The notes under the pieces were generated by a model. The model had not been told where the DNA came from. It did not search any database and saw nothing but the letters and a program-made list of their open reading frames with translations. From Candidatus Gottesmanbacteria bacterium (lineage in GTDB: Bacteria; Patescibacteriota; Microgenomatia; UBA10105; UBA927), in NCBI GenBank assembly GCA_963714095.1, contig OY970230.1, positions 532,084 through 596,083 on the forward strand: 64,000 nucleotides of DNA, written 5' to 3'. The stretch's first letter is position 1; each line of letters starts with the position of its first letter. Of this stretch, positions 10,064 through 20,104 are shown in pieces. The position numbers and the translations under genes are program-made.

Positions 10064-10819
10064 ATGAATATACTTCACGCAATCATTCTTTCCATCATTG
10101 AGGGCATCACAGAATTCCTGCCCATATCCTCGACCGGCCACATGATTTTAGCCGGTACACTCCTTCACATCACTGAAACAGACTTCGTTAAAAGTTTTGA
10201 AATTATCATCCAGCTCGGCGCAATTCTTGCGGTATTACTTCTCTATTGGAAAAAGTTATTGACAAATAAAGATACGTTTATCCGCGTACTCGTTGCGTTT
10301 ATTCCTACAGGAATAGTCGGCCTGGTACTGTATAAATTTATCAAAGACGTGCTTCTGGGAAATCCATGGATCGTTGTTTGGAGCTTAGGGATCGGCGGTA
10401 TTTTGCTTATTGTATTGGAAAAATTTCATACGGAAAAACAAAAACCCATGAGCTTACTGGATGCATTCATTATCGGTTGTGTACAATCACTCTCTATAAT
10501 TCCCGGAGTATCACGCGCTGCCGCCACTATTGCCGGCGCACTCATGCTCGGAATAAAACGCGAAACCGCGGTCGAATTTTCTTTTTTACTCGCCATTCCT
10601 ACCATGGCAGCAGCGACAGGATTAGACCTTATTAAAAGCGGCCATCATTTCACCGGAAGTCAATACGAATTACTTGCAATTGGTTTCACTGGAGCATTTA
10701 TTACCGCATTAATAACGGTCAGATGGTTTATTACCTTTGTTAAAACCCACACTTTCATCCCCTTCGCCATCTACCGCATCCTTGCGGCTCTCGCATTTTA
10801 TTTCTTTGTTCTTCGTTAA
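10064..10819 (+). CDS. uppP: undecaprenyl-diphosphate phosphatase
   Basis: 251 aa polytopic; hallmark N-terminus EGITEFLPISSTGHMIL and later PGVSRAAATIAGALMLGIKRE. Confidence 0.9.
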   Translation: MNILHAIILSIIEGITEFLPISSTGHMILAGTLLHITETDFVKSFEIIIQLGAILAVLLLYWKKLLTNKDTFIRVLVAFIPTGIVGLVLYKFIKDVLLGNPWIVVWSLGIGGILLIVLEKFHTEKQKPMSLLDAFIIGCVQSLSIIPGVSRAAATIAGALMLGIKRETAVEFSFLLAIPTMAAATGLDLIKSGHHFTGSQYELLAIGFTGAFITALITVRWFITFVKTHTFIPFAIYRILAALAFYFFVLR

Positions 10820-11424
10820 AACCCCAACACTTTTTTCACAAAAATCAGGGTCGTGCGACCCGGTTTAATTTCTTTACTTACGAGAAGCACTTTATTGACG
10901 GAACTGCCCGACCGCCCGTACGCCTTTTTTGCGCGCTGACCTTCCAAAGGTAAACAGTGTTCGTAAATCCGACGGAATCCTTCGTCTATATTTTGTACAA
11001 TTTTTTGTGTACCCGCTACCCAAATAATATGACCCGCTCCGCTTGCGTACGCGGACAATTGGCTGCCGGTCTGCGACGCAATCATAATCTGGCCATCCTG
11101 CGTCACCGCCTGAACGCTGCCAACTGCCCAGTCAGGTGCAGCGCCAAGTTTACGCATTTCCCGCCCTTGCGTCTCCCGATTCATCAAGAGTAATTTTTTC
11201 CGGACGGAATCAAACTTTCCGGATTCATTTATATCCGGCAATACACCAAGCGCCTCAAGCGTCATCGAAGTCATGGAAAACACCTCTGACCCAAGCGGAA
11301 GGAGTTCTAATAATTTCTTTTTAGCTTCTTCTTTATTCGCAACCGCAACCGTATCAATATGGTTCGCTTGTAATGAAGCAATTGTTTTGTCTAAAGAAAT
11401 TTGATCGGCTAACGTTGTCCACAT
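10816..11424 (-). CDS. LUD-domain (LutC/YkgG-like, DUF162) protein
   Basis: 202 aa; overall similarity to lactate-utilisation LutC family; 4-nt overlap with uppP stop. Confidence 0.55.
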   Translation of the reverse strand: MWTTLADQISLDKTIASLQANHIDTVAVANKEEAKKKLLELLPLGSEVFSMTSMTLEALGVLPDINESGKFDSVRKKLLLMNRETQGREMRKLGAAPDWAVGSVQAVTQDGQIMIASQTGSQLSAYASGAGHIIWVAGTQKIVQNIDEGFRRIYEHCLPLEGQRAKKAYGRSGSSVNKVLLVSKEIKPGRTTLIFVKKVLGF

Positions 11425-11468
11425 AGATTCTCCTCTTTCTATTATAGAATATACATCAATAACAGGGG

Positions 11469-13295
11469 TTAATTTTCATCCGTGCGCTTAGCCCGCACTC
11501 GGCCGACTTTCGTGAGAAATTTTTTACGGAGACGCAAACTTTGCGGCGTTACCTCCAACAGTTCATCGTCTTCAATAAAATCAAGACACTGTTCAAGAGA
11601 CAACACCATTGGAGGGTCCAGTTGGATTGCAACATCCGCGTTTGCACTGTGAATGTTCGTTAATTTTTTAATTCTGCAGACATTGATGTCGATATCTTCG
11701 GAACGCTTGTTGATACCGATGATCATCCCTTCGTATACCGGGATACCCGGTCCTATAAACGCGTTCCCGCGATCCTGCACGGTGGTAAGAGCGTACCCTG
11801 TTGATTTTCCTGTTTCCAGTGATACTAAAACGCCGTTCCGTAGCTTCGGAATATGCGGCGTGAGGGAAAAATAGCCGATGACCCGTGTGGCAAATATCCC
11901 GTTTCCGCGGGTTTTGGTAAGGATATCACCGCGGAATCCCAAAAGATTCCGGCTGGATACTTTATACACCATCTTCGTTACTCCCCGATCATTTGTATGG
12001 GTATCAAGCATCACGGCTCTTCGGCGCCCAAGTTCTTCAGATATCACACCGACATACGCGTTATCGATCTCTATGGTAATTTCTTCAAACGGTTCGCAGG
12101 TTACTCCGTCGATGTCTTTCAAAATAACCTCAGGTTTACCGACCTGGAATTCATACCCTTCACGGCGTAAATTTTCAAAAAGAATCGCCAGATGCAATTC
12201 TCCCCGCCCGGCGACGATAAATCCTGTGCCGTCTGGATTTTCCGTAATCCTCAAACCGATATTTGTCTGCTTTTCCTTAAGTAACCTCTGGTGAATTTGT
12301 CTCGCGGTTGAAAATTTTCCTTCTCGCCCGGCAAACGGCGAGGTGTTTGCCGACACCAAAATCTTTAATGTCGGTTCTTCAAGGTGTATCGCCGGAAAAC
12401 CGGTCGGATCGGAGGGATCCGTAATGGTCTGGCCGATGCCGACATCAGAAATTCCGGTAATAGCAATAATATCCCCTGTCTCTCCCATCGCGGTTGCTAC
12501 GCGCTTCAAACCTACGCTGGTGAACACTTCGGCAACGGTGAATGTGCCTAATTTTTCATTTTCCAGCATCTGCAATACTTTTTGCCCGGGTTTCACATTC
12601 CCCTGCGTAAGTTTACCGATGGCGAATGTTCCTTTATGCGTATCAAAATCCAGGGTCGACACAAGCATTTTAAAGGGTTTTGCTGCGTCTACTTCAGGCG
12701 CCGGAATGTATTTGATAATCGCATCAAAAAGGCACGTTAAATCGGTTTTTTCATTCATATTTTCGGGATATGCCGCCCATGCTTTTTCCTCGCGGCCGAT
12801 GGCATACAATACCGGAAAATTTAAATGCTCTTCGTGATGCGCTAAATGCAAAAACAGTTCTTCCGTTTCCCGGAGCACTTCCGCGGGTCTGGCGTCTTTC
12901 CTGTCAATTTTATTGATAACGACAATAATTTTGAGGTTATGCTCCATGGCTTTCTGCAGCACAAATTGTGTCTGAGGCAATGGTCCTTCCGCCGCGTCGA
13001 TAATAAGAAGCGCGCCGTCTGCCATATTGATGACACGCTCCACCTCTCCGCTGAAGTCCGCATGGCCGGGGGTATCGATAATATTTATTTTGGTCTTGTG
13101 ATACATGACCGCCGTATTTTTGGCGAGGATTGTAATCCCCTTTTCCCGCTCTAAAGCATTGCTGTCCAGAATCGTTGTCTGCGTCATTTCCGCTTCATTG
13201 GCGCGGAACGTATGGGTTTGCTTGAGCATCCCGTCAACGAGAGTTGTTTTCCCGTGATCCACGTGGGCGATTATTGCAACGTTACGTATATCCAT
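11469..13295 (-). CDS. typA: translational GTPase TypA/BipA
   Basis: ORF 11469..13403 but BipA N-terminus MDIRNVAIIAHVDHGKTTLVD starts at internal Met (13295); G-domain motifs DTPGHADF, NKID; EF-G-like C-terminal domains. Confidence 0.9.
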   Translation of the reverse strand: MDIRNVAIIAHVDHGKTTLVDGMLKQTHTFRANEAEMTQTTILDSNALEREKGITILAKNTAVMYHKTKINIIDTPGHADFSGEVERVINMADGALLIIDAAEGPLPQTQFVLQKAMEHNLKIIVVINKIDRKDARPAEVLRETEELFLHLAHHEEHLNFPVLYAIGREEKAWAAYPENMNEKTDLTCLFDAIIKYIPAPEVDAAKPFKMLVSTLDFDTHKGTFAIGKLTQGNVKPGQKVLQMLENEKLGTFTVAEVFTSVGLKRVATAMGETGDIIAITGISDVGIGQTITDPSDPTGFPAIHLEEPTLKILVSANTSPFAGREGKFSTARQIHQRLLKEKQTNIGLRITENPDGTGFIVAGRGELHLAILFENLRREGYEFQVGKPEVILKDIDGVTCEPFEEITIEIDNAYVGVISEELGRRRAVMLDTHTNDRGVTKMVYKVSSRNLLGFRGDILTKTRGNGIFATRVIGYFSLTPHIPKLRNGVLVSLETGKSTGYALTTVQDRGNAFIGPGIPVYEGMIIGINKRSEDIDINVCRIKKLTNIHSANADVAIQLDPPMVLSLEQCLDFIEDDELLEVTPQSLRLRKKFLTKVGRVRAKRTDEN

Positions 13296-13308
13296 ATAAA
13301 TAGAAAAA

Positions 13309-13324
13309 CCCGCGTCCTCGCGGG
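13309..13324. promoter_or_regulatory. GC-rich perfect hairpin CCCGCG-tcct-CGCGGG in the 66-nt divergent typA/queA intergenic region; U-tract follows on minus strand
   Basis: seen directly: gaaaaaCCCGCGtcctCGCGGGatttcc; sits 14 nt upstream of typA start codon (minus strand) and 38 nt upstream of queA ATG. Confidence 0.4.
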
Positions 13325-13361
13325 ATTTCCGTATTGGGCAGAACAACAGTATTATACTACA

Positions 13362-14351
13362 ATACCTATCATGACGCTCAAAACCAGCGACTTCGACTAT
13401 CATTTACCGATTGATCGGATTGCCCAAACGCCGGCCGTGCCGCGGGAATCGGCAAAGCTGATGGTTGTGGATAGACATAGTGGACAACTTATCCACAAAC
13501 ATATTTCGGATTTCCCGGATTTCCTGCATAAAGGCGACGTGCTTTTCATAAATAACACAAAAGTGTTTCATGCGCGGCTGAAATCAGGAAATAAAGAATT
13601 ATTTTTAATCCGGCCAATCGAAAATACCCTCTGGAGTGCCATCGGCAGAAACTTAACCCCAGGGACCCGCATCACGTTTTCCAATACGTTTATTGCGGAA
13701 ATTACGAAAAAAAATCCTGACGGAACAGTTCTTGTATCGTTTAATACGTCAGATGTCGTGGATAACGCCAACACATTCGGTGAAGTGCCGGTACCGCCCT
13801 ACATCAAAACCATTCCAAAAGACAGCGATTATCAGACTGTCTATGCAAAAATTACAGGATCGGTCGCCGCTCCGACCGCCGGCTTTCATCTGACGAAGCC
13901 GTTACTGAAAAAAATTAAGGAGAAAGGCGTCACCATTCTTGAAATTACACTCCATGTCGGACTGGGTACGTTCATGCCGATAAAATCCGACACACTCGCT
14001 GCCCATACCATGCACAGCGAATGGGTGGATGTTCAGCCGGACGTTTCGGAGCAAATTCTTGAAGCCAAAAAAGAGGGCAGACGAATTATTGCAGTCGGCA
14101 CCACAACCGTCCGTACACTAGAAGGAACTTTGGCAAAACCATATACAGGTGATGTTAATGTATTTATCCAACCCGGCTACAAATTTAAAATCGTTGATGC
14201 GATGCTCACGAATTTTCACTTACCGAAATCCACGCTTATCGTGTTGGTCTCAGCATTCTGGAAGCGCGAACAAATTCTGGCAGCATATAAAACGGCGGTA
14301 AAAAATAGGTATCGCTTTTACAGTTTCGGCGATGCAATGTTCATCGTGTAA
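13362..14351 (+). CDS. queA: S-adenosylmethionine:tRNA ribosyltransferase-isomerase
   Basis: ORF 13212..14351; QueA N-terminus MTLKTSDFDYHLPIDRIAQTP..RESAKLMVV at internal Met 13362; ~329 aa fits QueA length. Confidence 0.88.
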   Translation: MPIMTLKTSDFDYHLPIDRIAQTPAVPRESAKLMVVDRHSGQLIHKHISDFPDFLHKGDVLFINNTKVFHARLKSGNKELFLIRPIENTLWSAIGRNLTPGTRITFSNTFIAEITKKNPDGTVLVSFNTSDVVDNANTFGEVPVPPYIKTIPKDSDYQTVYAKITGSVAAPTAGFHLTKPLLKKIKEKGVTILEITLHVGLGTFMPIKSDTLAAHTMHSEWVDVQPDVSEQILEAKKEGRRIIAVGTTTVRTLEGTLAKPYTGDVNVFIQPGYKFKIVDAMLTNFHLPKSTLIVLVSAFWKREQILAAYKTAVKNRYRFYSFGDAMFIV

Positions 14352-14412
14352 TATATTTTATAAAAACAACAATATTATACAAACACTTGTTCTATCTCTA
14401 TAATACCCGTAC

Positions 14413-15225
14413 ATGAAAAAATTATTCTCACGCTGCATACTTCTGTTCATTTCTTTTTTCCTCTCTCCGTTTTTCATTACTAACTCGGCACGCGCCGCGG
14501 TAGTAATTAACGAACTTCTGCCGAAAACTGACCCGGCGACAAACGAATGGGTAGAACTTTACAACACGGGATCTGAGTCTGTATCACTGGACCGCTGGCA
14601 TATCGACCATATAGCAGGCGACGCAAAATCATATATTTTCAATGCCGGCGCCGTTATCGGACCGTCCGGCTTTCTTACCTTCAACGGAAATCAAACGGCC
14701 ATCAGTTTCAGCATACAGGGTGATACCGTCCGGTTATTCGATGCTACTGGCACACTCGTGGACAGCCAAAGCTACCCCGGTATACTGGGATACAACACTT
14801 CTATGGGAAGAAGCACCGACGGCGCAGGTGTGTGGGCCATCTGCACCACTGCGACGTACAATACACCAAACAACTGTCCGCAACCCTCGCCGACTCCGAC
14901 GCCGATCCCGACCGCCGAAATGACACCGACACCCACACCTGCGGTGACCCCGTATCCGACCCTCACGACAACCCCTTTTCCTGCGGCAACACAGAATTCC
15001 ATTGAACCGGAAACTCCGGTGCCGTCCCGGCAGACGTTCGGATCATTCCTGCCCTCCCCGACGGAAAACCGGGTGTTGGGGGCCCAAGACGTTCTGTCCC
15101 CCACACCTACCCCTGACCCTGCGACTCTGACGCTAAAAATGGATAAAATCCTCGCCTATCAGATTCTTGCGGTCGCCGTTGCCTGGGGTGTTATTGCAGC
15201 CGTTGCCTATGTACGCCACAAATAA
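14413..15225 (+). CDS. lamin-tail-domain (LTD) surface protein with PT-rich linker and C-terminal TM anchor
   Basis: 270 aa; signal peptide; LTD signature VVINELLP...EWVELYNTGSESVSLDRWHI; PTPTP linker; C-terminal hydrophobic helix + basic tail; TATAAT 10 nt upstream. Confidence 0.75.
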   Translation: MKKLFSRCILLFISFFLSPFFITNSARAAVVINELLPKTDPATNEWVELYNTGSESVSLDRWHIDHIAGDAKSYIFNAGAVIGPSGFLTFNGNQTAISFSIQGDTVRLFDATGTLVDSQSYPGILGYNTSMGRSTDGAGVWAICTTATYNTPNNCPQPSPTPTPIPTAEMTPTPTPAVTPYPTLTTTPFPAATQNSIEPETPVPSRQTFGSFLPSPTENRVLGAQDVLSPTPTPDPATLTLKMDKILAYQILAVAVAWGVIAAVAYVRHK

Positions 15226-15291
15226 AGCATCAGACATAAAGAAAACGACAGCAGAGCCGCCGTATGGTTATATCTTTACCATATTGGTATA

Positions 15292-16260
15292 ATGGCGGCG
15301 ATGAAACAAACCCTCATTTCGCTTATTGTTCCCTGCTACAACGAACAGCTGAATATTGAGCTCATGTACCGGCGTATCACGGCAGTATTTAAAAAATTGC
15401 CGGGATACGATTTTGAACTGTTGTACGTGGATAATGCTTCCGTTGACGGGTCCGCGGCGATATATTCCCGGCTCGCAAAAAAAGACAAACGGGTGAAGGT
15501 TATCCTTATGTCCCGCAACTTCGGATCACCGCAGCCCAGTTTCGTCGCCGGTTTATCATTTGCAAAAGGAGATGCAGCGGTACTTCTGCACGGCGACATC
15601 CAGGATCCGCCGGAGATGATTCCCGATTTTATCAAACGCTGGCGGCAGGGCTACGATGTTGTGTACGGGGTGCGCACGAGCAGGCGCGGGTACAACGTAA
15701 TGTGGAATCTTATGTATAAAGGATTTTACTATCTTCTTGAAAAACTCGCGTATATTCAGATACCTCTGAACGCCGGAGAATTTTCACTTATTGACCGGCG
15801 CGTTATGAAGGAGCTTGCCTCTTTTGATGAATATGATTATTATCTGCGCGGCCTGCGGGCATTCGTAGGTTTCCGGCAAATCGGCATTTCATATGTGCGT
15901 GACTCACGCGTCCGTGGGCAGTCGACGGAAAGTTTCTGGTCCGGGCTCTGGTGGGCTAAAACGATCCTTATTAACTTTTCATTCCGGCCGCTGGAGTGGA
16001 TATCGACGATCGCATTTGGCGTCGTCGTTCTGACGGTCCTACTTTTTATCGTGAACGTTATTGTTGTATTTATCTTTCACAATTCTCCCCGCGGGATCCC
16101 GACGATTGTGTTGTTGATGCTGTTTTTGGGCGGCGTACAGCTGTTATCTCTGAGCGTGATCGCCGAATACCTGGCAAAAATTTTTCTCGAGGTCAAACGA
16201 AGACCTAAATATATTATACAAAAAACACTCAACCTGGCCGGCCATACACAACGGGCCTGA
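15292..16260 (+). CDS. GT2-family polyprenyl-phosphate glycosyltransferase (GtrB/ArnC/DPM1-like) with two C-terminal TM helices
   Basis: 322 aa; LISLIVPCYNEQLNI, YVDNASVDGS, DxD-like HGDIQD; C-terminal TMs typical of GtrB-like enzymes; TGA stop. Confidence 0.8.
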   Translation: MAAMKQTLISLIVPCYNEQLNIELMYRRITAVFKKLPGYDFELLYVDNASVDGSAAIYSRLAKKDKRVKVILMSRNFGSPQPSFVAGLSFAKGDAAVLLHGDIQDPPEMIPDFIKRWRQGYDVVYGVRTSRRGYNVMWNLMYKGFYYLLEKLAYIQIPLNAGEFSLIDRRVMKELASFDEYDYYLRGLRAFVGFRQIGISYVRDSRVRGQSTESFWSGLWWAKTILINFSFRPLEWISTIAFGVVVLTVLLFIVNVIVVFIFHNSPRGIPTIVLLMLFLGGVQLLSLSVIAEYLAKIFLEVKRRPKYIIQKTLNLAGHTQRA

Positions 16261-16309
16261 TACAAAAATCAGATTCTAACTCTTCATTAGTATCAAAATC
16301 CGTTTCGTA

Positions 16310-16516
16310 TTATTTGTTCTTTTTCAATTGTTCGTTTACCCATTCAAGTTTTTCCTCCAACATCTTTTTCTTCATTTCAAGATGTTGTTTTGACATTGCA
16401 TGTTCTTTACAGCAATCCATCATGTCGCCATGGCCTCCATGGAAATGTCCGCTTTTTGTGTCCATCATATATGTCACCTCCTCTTCATTATTAACTGATG
16501 AAAGTTTACACTCCAT
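16310..16516 (-). CDS. small His/Met/Cys-rich protein (possible metal-binding), coiled-coil C-terminus
   Basis: 68 aa (or 52 aa from second Met); motif SGHFHGGHGDMMDCCKEH. Confidence 0.3.
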   Translation of the reverse strand: MECKLSSVNNEEEVTYMMDTKSGHFHGGHGDMMDCCKEHAMSKQHLEMKKKMLEEKLEWVNEQLKKNK

Positions 16517-16641
16517 TTCTGAGAAACTGCTTGCATTAAATAATATCTACACCTGGTATCGCGAGTTCAAACATTCACCATCAGCGTTTTATCAGAATCC
16601 GATGCTATATTCTTCTTATTACGTTAAGGAGGTAATACAGT

Positions 16642-17205
16642 ATGAATAAACAAAAAATTCTTTCATCGATATCGGCGGTTATTCTCACGGGCACGGCTCT
16701 TGTTGCTACCCCGCAAATTTATGCACAGACTCCGGGCACAAGCCCTCATATGAATTTTTTCCAGGAACTGGTGCAGTTTATCTCCCAAAAATTCGGGCTG
16801 GATCAAACACAGGTGCAAACTGCAGTAACTGAATTTCAACAGCAAAAAAGGGCAACGATTACTCCGCGCCCGACGCTGACGCCGCAACAGATTTCCGACA
16901 GGGATAAAACCCGATTGGATCAGCTCGTCTCATCCGGAAAAATCACATCGGATCAGGAAACGGCGATCATCAATGAACTCGCGGCTCTGAGAGCTAAATA
17001 TAATTTTAGGTCATCAGCAAACCTGACACCTGCTCAGCGGAAAACCCAGATGACTACGATGCATGACGAAATTGTTGCCTGGGCAAAATCTCAGGGAATT
17101 GATTCCTCCTATGTCATGGGCGGATTTGGTGCTGGAGGAAGAGGCCCGGGTATGGGCGGCCGGGGCCGATGGAAAGGGACAATTACTCCAACACCAACGC
17201 CATAA
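16642..17205 (+). CDS. hypothetical secreted protein with Gly-rich C-terminus
   Basis: 187 aa; signal peptide ending VATPQIYAQT; GGFGAGGRGPGMGGRGRW...TPTPTP tail; RBS AAGGAGG upstream. Confidence 0.5.
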   Translation: MNKQKILSSISAVILTGTALVATPQIYAQTPGTSPHMNFFQELVQFISQKFGLDQTQVQTAVTEFQQQKRATITPRPTLTPQQISDRDKTRLDQLVSSGKITSDQETAIINELAALRAKYNFRSSANLTPAQRKTQMTTMHDEIVAWAKSQGIDSSYVMGGFGAGGRGPGMGGRGRWKGTITPTPTP

Positions 17206-18246
17206 CTATTTTAGATACTGATTAAAAAATGCCACAGTTTCGGTTAACGCTCTTGAGGAATCGGGAGAAAGGTTATGATCTGCGCCCGCATAGGCATGGT
17301 ACACAACTGTTTTCCCGGCGCTTTGTAACGTATCACGAAGAGATGAGGAAAAAACCGGCGGAACGGAGACATCTGCCGTGCCAACCTGTATTTCTACGGG
17401 CGCTGTAATGTCCGAAACGTATTTGGTCGGGTCAATTGCATTCCAGTACTGCGGGTTAGTTACGGGCGTTCCGTAATCAGCAATCATCTGTTGGACGATG
17501 TATGACGTATCCAAATCGTTTCCGATAATGCTTTTTGCGCTAATTCTTTGATTCCACCAATTGAGAATGCCTGTTTCATCCCCTACAACCCCTGCCATCA
17601 GTTCGGCTGCCTGAATATCTTTGGATATGACAAGTTCGTGCAAGGTAATATTTCCTCCCATGGAATGGCCGAACACACCGATCTTTTGCGGATTTGCATC
17701 CTTATATTGTTTGATGGAAGCCAGGGCATTCATGCTGTCAACAAGATAATCGGCAGATACGTATATTTGCATTGGTGTTCCTTCCGAATTCCCATTTCCC
17801 CGGTAATCGGGTTTAAATACGATATACCCCGCCGAGGCAAGCGGGTTCACAAAAGAAGCGTAACTGATTTCGGTTGAATACTGCGCCGGCGGAATATATC
17901 CGTGATTAAAAAGGATAACCGGCCACCCTCCGGCCGGTTTCTGCCCGGTGGGAACCGTGAGAAGTCCGTATTGTTTTAATCCCTCCGACAGATACGAAAC
18001 AATGTAACGGCTGTAATCGGCGCCGGGAGTCAACGTTGCTGCCACAACAAGAGCGCTGCCAGGATACGACTTCTGCTTCATCGAGGAAATTGCTAATGGA
18101 TTTACCATTGAATTTGGGGTGGGAGTTATCGTGGTCCCGGAAATCCGCAGTATTGGTGTTGCACTTTTAGTACTCGTCTTCTGCAGAAAAAAATACCCGG
18201 TTCCTATAATACAAAGAAGCAGCAATACGACAATAACCTTTTTCAT
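17206..18246 (-). CDS. secreted alpha/beta-hydrolase (S9/dienelactone-hydrolase-like)
   Basis: 346 aa; N-terminal signal/TM; nucleophile elbow GHSMGG; Asp/His downstream (YAGADHN). Confidence 0.7.
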   Translation of the reverse strand: MKKVIVVLLLLCIIGTGYFFLQKTSTKSATPILRISGTTITPTPNSMVNPLAISSMKQKSYPGSALVVAATLTPGADYSRYIVSYLSEGLKQYGLLTVPTGQKPAGGWPVILFNHGYIPPAQYSTEISYASFVNPLASAGYIVFKPDYRGNGNSEGTPMQIYVSADYLVDSMNALASIKQYKDANPQKIGVFGHSMGGNITLHELVISKDIQAAELMAGVVGDETGILNWWNQRISAKSIIGNDLDTSYIVQQMIADYGTPVTNPQYWNAIDPTKYVSDITAPVEIQVGTADVSVPPVFSSSLRDTLQSAGKTVVYHAYAGADHNLSPDSSRALTETVAFFNQYLK

Positions 18247-18475
18247 TATTCCTTACTGTAACACATGCAACAGCTCCCAAGGAAAACTGAAGAAAGGCTT
18301 ATGACGTAAGCCAAGAGTCGCTTCAAAATTCATTGAAAGCGAACAAAAACAGTGATATATTCTATGAGGCGGTATGCAGCGTTAACACAACAATAATTTG
18401 CACCCCAATTTTAATCGTTACCCAACTTAATACAATATGGAAACCTTTAAATAAAATCGACACGAAGTTCAAAAC

Positions 18476-19288
18476 ATGAACAACGATACACAAAATATCA
18501 TTACCGTAACAAATCTCACGAAGAAATTTAACGGATTTACCGCCGTTAACAACATTTCCTTTGCCGTCAAACACGGTGAGATATTTGCGTTTTTAGGACC
18601 TAACGGAGCCGGAAAAACAACAACAATAAAAATGCTGATAACACTTCTTGCACCTACCGGCGGCGACGGAATTATAGACGGATATAGCATTATGAAAAGT
18701 CCGGGAAATGTCCGTAGGGTTATTGGGTATGTACCGCAACTTATCTCCGTCGACGGTACGCTCACTGCGGATGAGAACCTCATGCTGATGGCAAAACTCT
18801 ACGATATTGCAAAAAGCGACAGAAAACAGCGCATCAATGATGTGCTCTCCTTTCTTAACCTCACAGAGCTGCGTCATACGCTTGTCAAAAAATTCTCCGG
18901 CGGCATGATCCGCAAGCTCGAAGTCGGACAGGCAATACTGCATCATCCGCCCGTCTTATTTCTGGATGAGCCAACGTCCGGTCTTGATCCGATTGCCAGA
19001 AGAAATGTCTGGAAACATTTACTCGAATTGAGGAAACTATTCCGGACGACGATTTTTTTCACAACACATTATATGGAAGAGGCAGAGGAAGTCGCAGACC
19101 GTGTCGCTATTATGCATCTGGGTAATATCGTCGCACTGGGAACAGTTGAGGAACTCCGTAAAAAAACAAAAAAAGACAATGCAACACTTGAAGACGCATT
19201 TATCTATTTCACCGGAACGGCCATGCAGGAAAAAGGAAACTTACGTGAAATCAAACGAATGCGGGAAACCGAGCATAAACTTGGATAA
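18476..19288 (+). CDS. ABC transporter ATP-binding protein (ABC-2 exporter type)
   Basis: Walker A GPNGAGKTT, signature FSGGMIRKL, Walker B LFLDEPTSGLD, H-loop THYMEEA. Confidence 0.9.
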   Translation: MNNDTQNIITVTNLTKKFNGFTAVNNISFAVKHGEIFAFLGPNGAGKTTTIKMLITLLAPTGGDGIIDGYSIMKSPGNVRRVIGYVPQLISVDGTLTADENLMLMAKLYDIAKSDRKQRINDVLSFLNLTELRHTLVKKFSGGMIRKLEVGQAILHHPPVLFLDEPTSGLDPIARRNVWKHLLELRKLFRTTIFFTTHYMEEAEEVADRVAIMHLGNIVALGTVEELRKKTKKDNATLEDAFIYFTGTAMQEKGNLREIKRMRETEHKLG

Positions 19289-19290
19289 CC

Positions 19291-20064
19291 ATGAACTATC
19301 TGACACAACTTATCAGCAAGTCCTACGTAATGGCAGAAATGGAAGTCCGGAAACTTCTTCATGATCCAACGGAACTGATTACCCGCGCGGTACAACCCAT
19401 TCTCTGGCTTGGGATATTCGGCGAAGCATTGAGTAAAGTCAGGGCAATTCCCACGCAGGGACTCACATATCTGCAGTTTATTACGCCAGGCATTCTCACC
19501 CAGTCAGTTGTGTTCATCGCCATATTCTACGGATTATCCATTATTTGGGAACGCGATATGGGAATACTGCAAAAATTTCTGGTCACTCCGACTCCACGTC
19601 TTGCTTTAGTGTGGGGAAAAATGGCTTCCGCAGGAGTACGCGGAATGAGCCAGGCGGTAATTATTTTTCTTTTTGCATTACTTCTTCATATTCATTTGCA
19701 GTTTACACTGTTATCAATATTTGGGACAGTCCTTATCGTAATTTTGGGGGGTGGTTTTTTTACAGGGCTTTCTATGATTATCGCATCCATTGTGAAAACA
19801 CGTGAACGGTTCATGGGAATTGGACAGGTAATCACGCTGCCCCTCTTCTTTGCTTCAAATGCCATTTATCCCATTTCAATTATGCCATCCTGGCTGCAGG
19901 TTGTCGCAACTATTAACCCCTTAAGCTATATGGTCGATGGCCTTCGGGCGCTTCTGGTAACGGGAGACATATCACAGCTTCCGTTTGATATCACAATTCT
20001 CGTCGTCGCTACACTCCTTATCTCTTTTCTTTCAGCTTTTATGTATCCAAAAGTTGTTGTCTAA
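19291..20064 (+). CDS. ABC-2 family transporter permease
   Basis: 257 aa, six predicted TM helices, immediately downstream (2-nt gap) of the ATPase. Confidence 0.8.
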   Translation: MNYLTQLISKSYVMAEMEVRKLLHDPTELITRAVQPILWLGIFGEALSKVRAIPTQGLTYLQFITPGILTQSVVFIAIFYGLSIIWERDMGILQKFLVTPTPRLALVWGKMASAGVRGMSQAVIIFLFALLLHIHLQFTLLSIFGTVLIVILGGGFFTGLSMIIASIVKTRERFMGIGQVITLPLFFASNAIYPISIMPSWLQVVATINPLSYMVDGLRALLVTGDISQLPFDITILVVATLLISFLSAFMYPKVVV

Positions 20065-20104
20065 AACGGATAAATGGTAGTTTGATGTGCTTGTGCTGTA
20101 GGTA

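Noticed and set aside
13212-13403. Upstream extended starts for queA (13212) and typA (13403) given by the ORF track
   Set aside because: Both extensions overlap each other on opposite strands and precede the conserved N-termini (MTLKTSDFDYHLP; MDIRNVAIIAHVDHGKTT); internal Met starts chosen.
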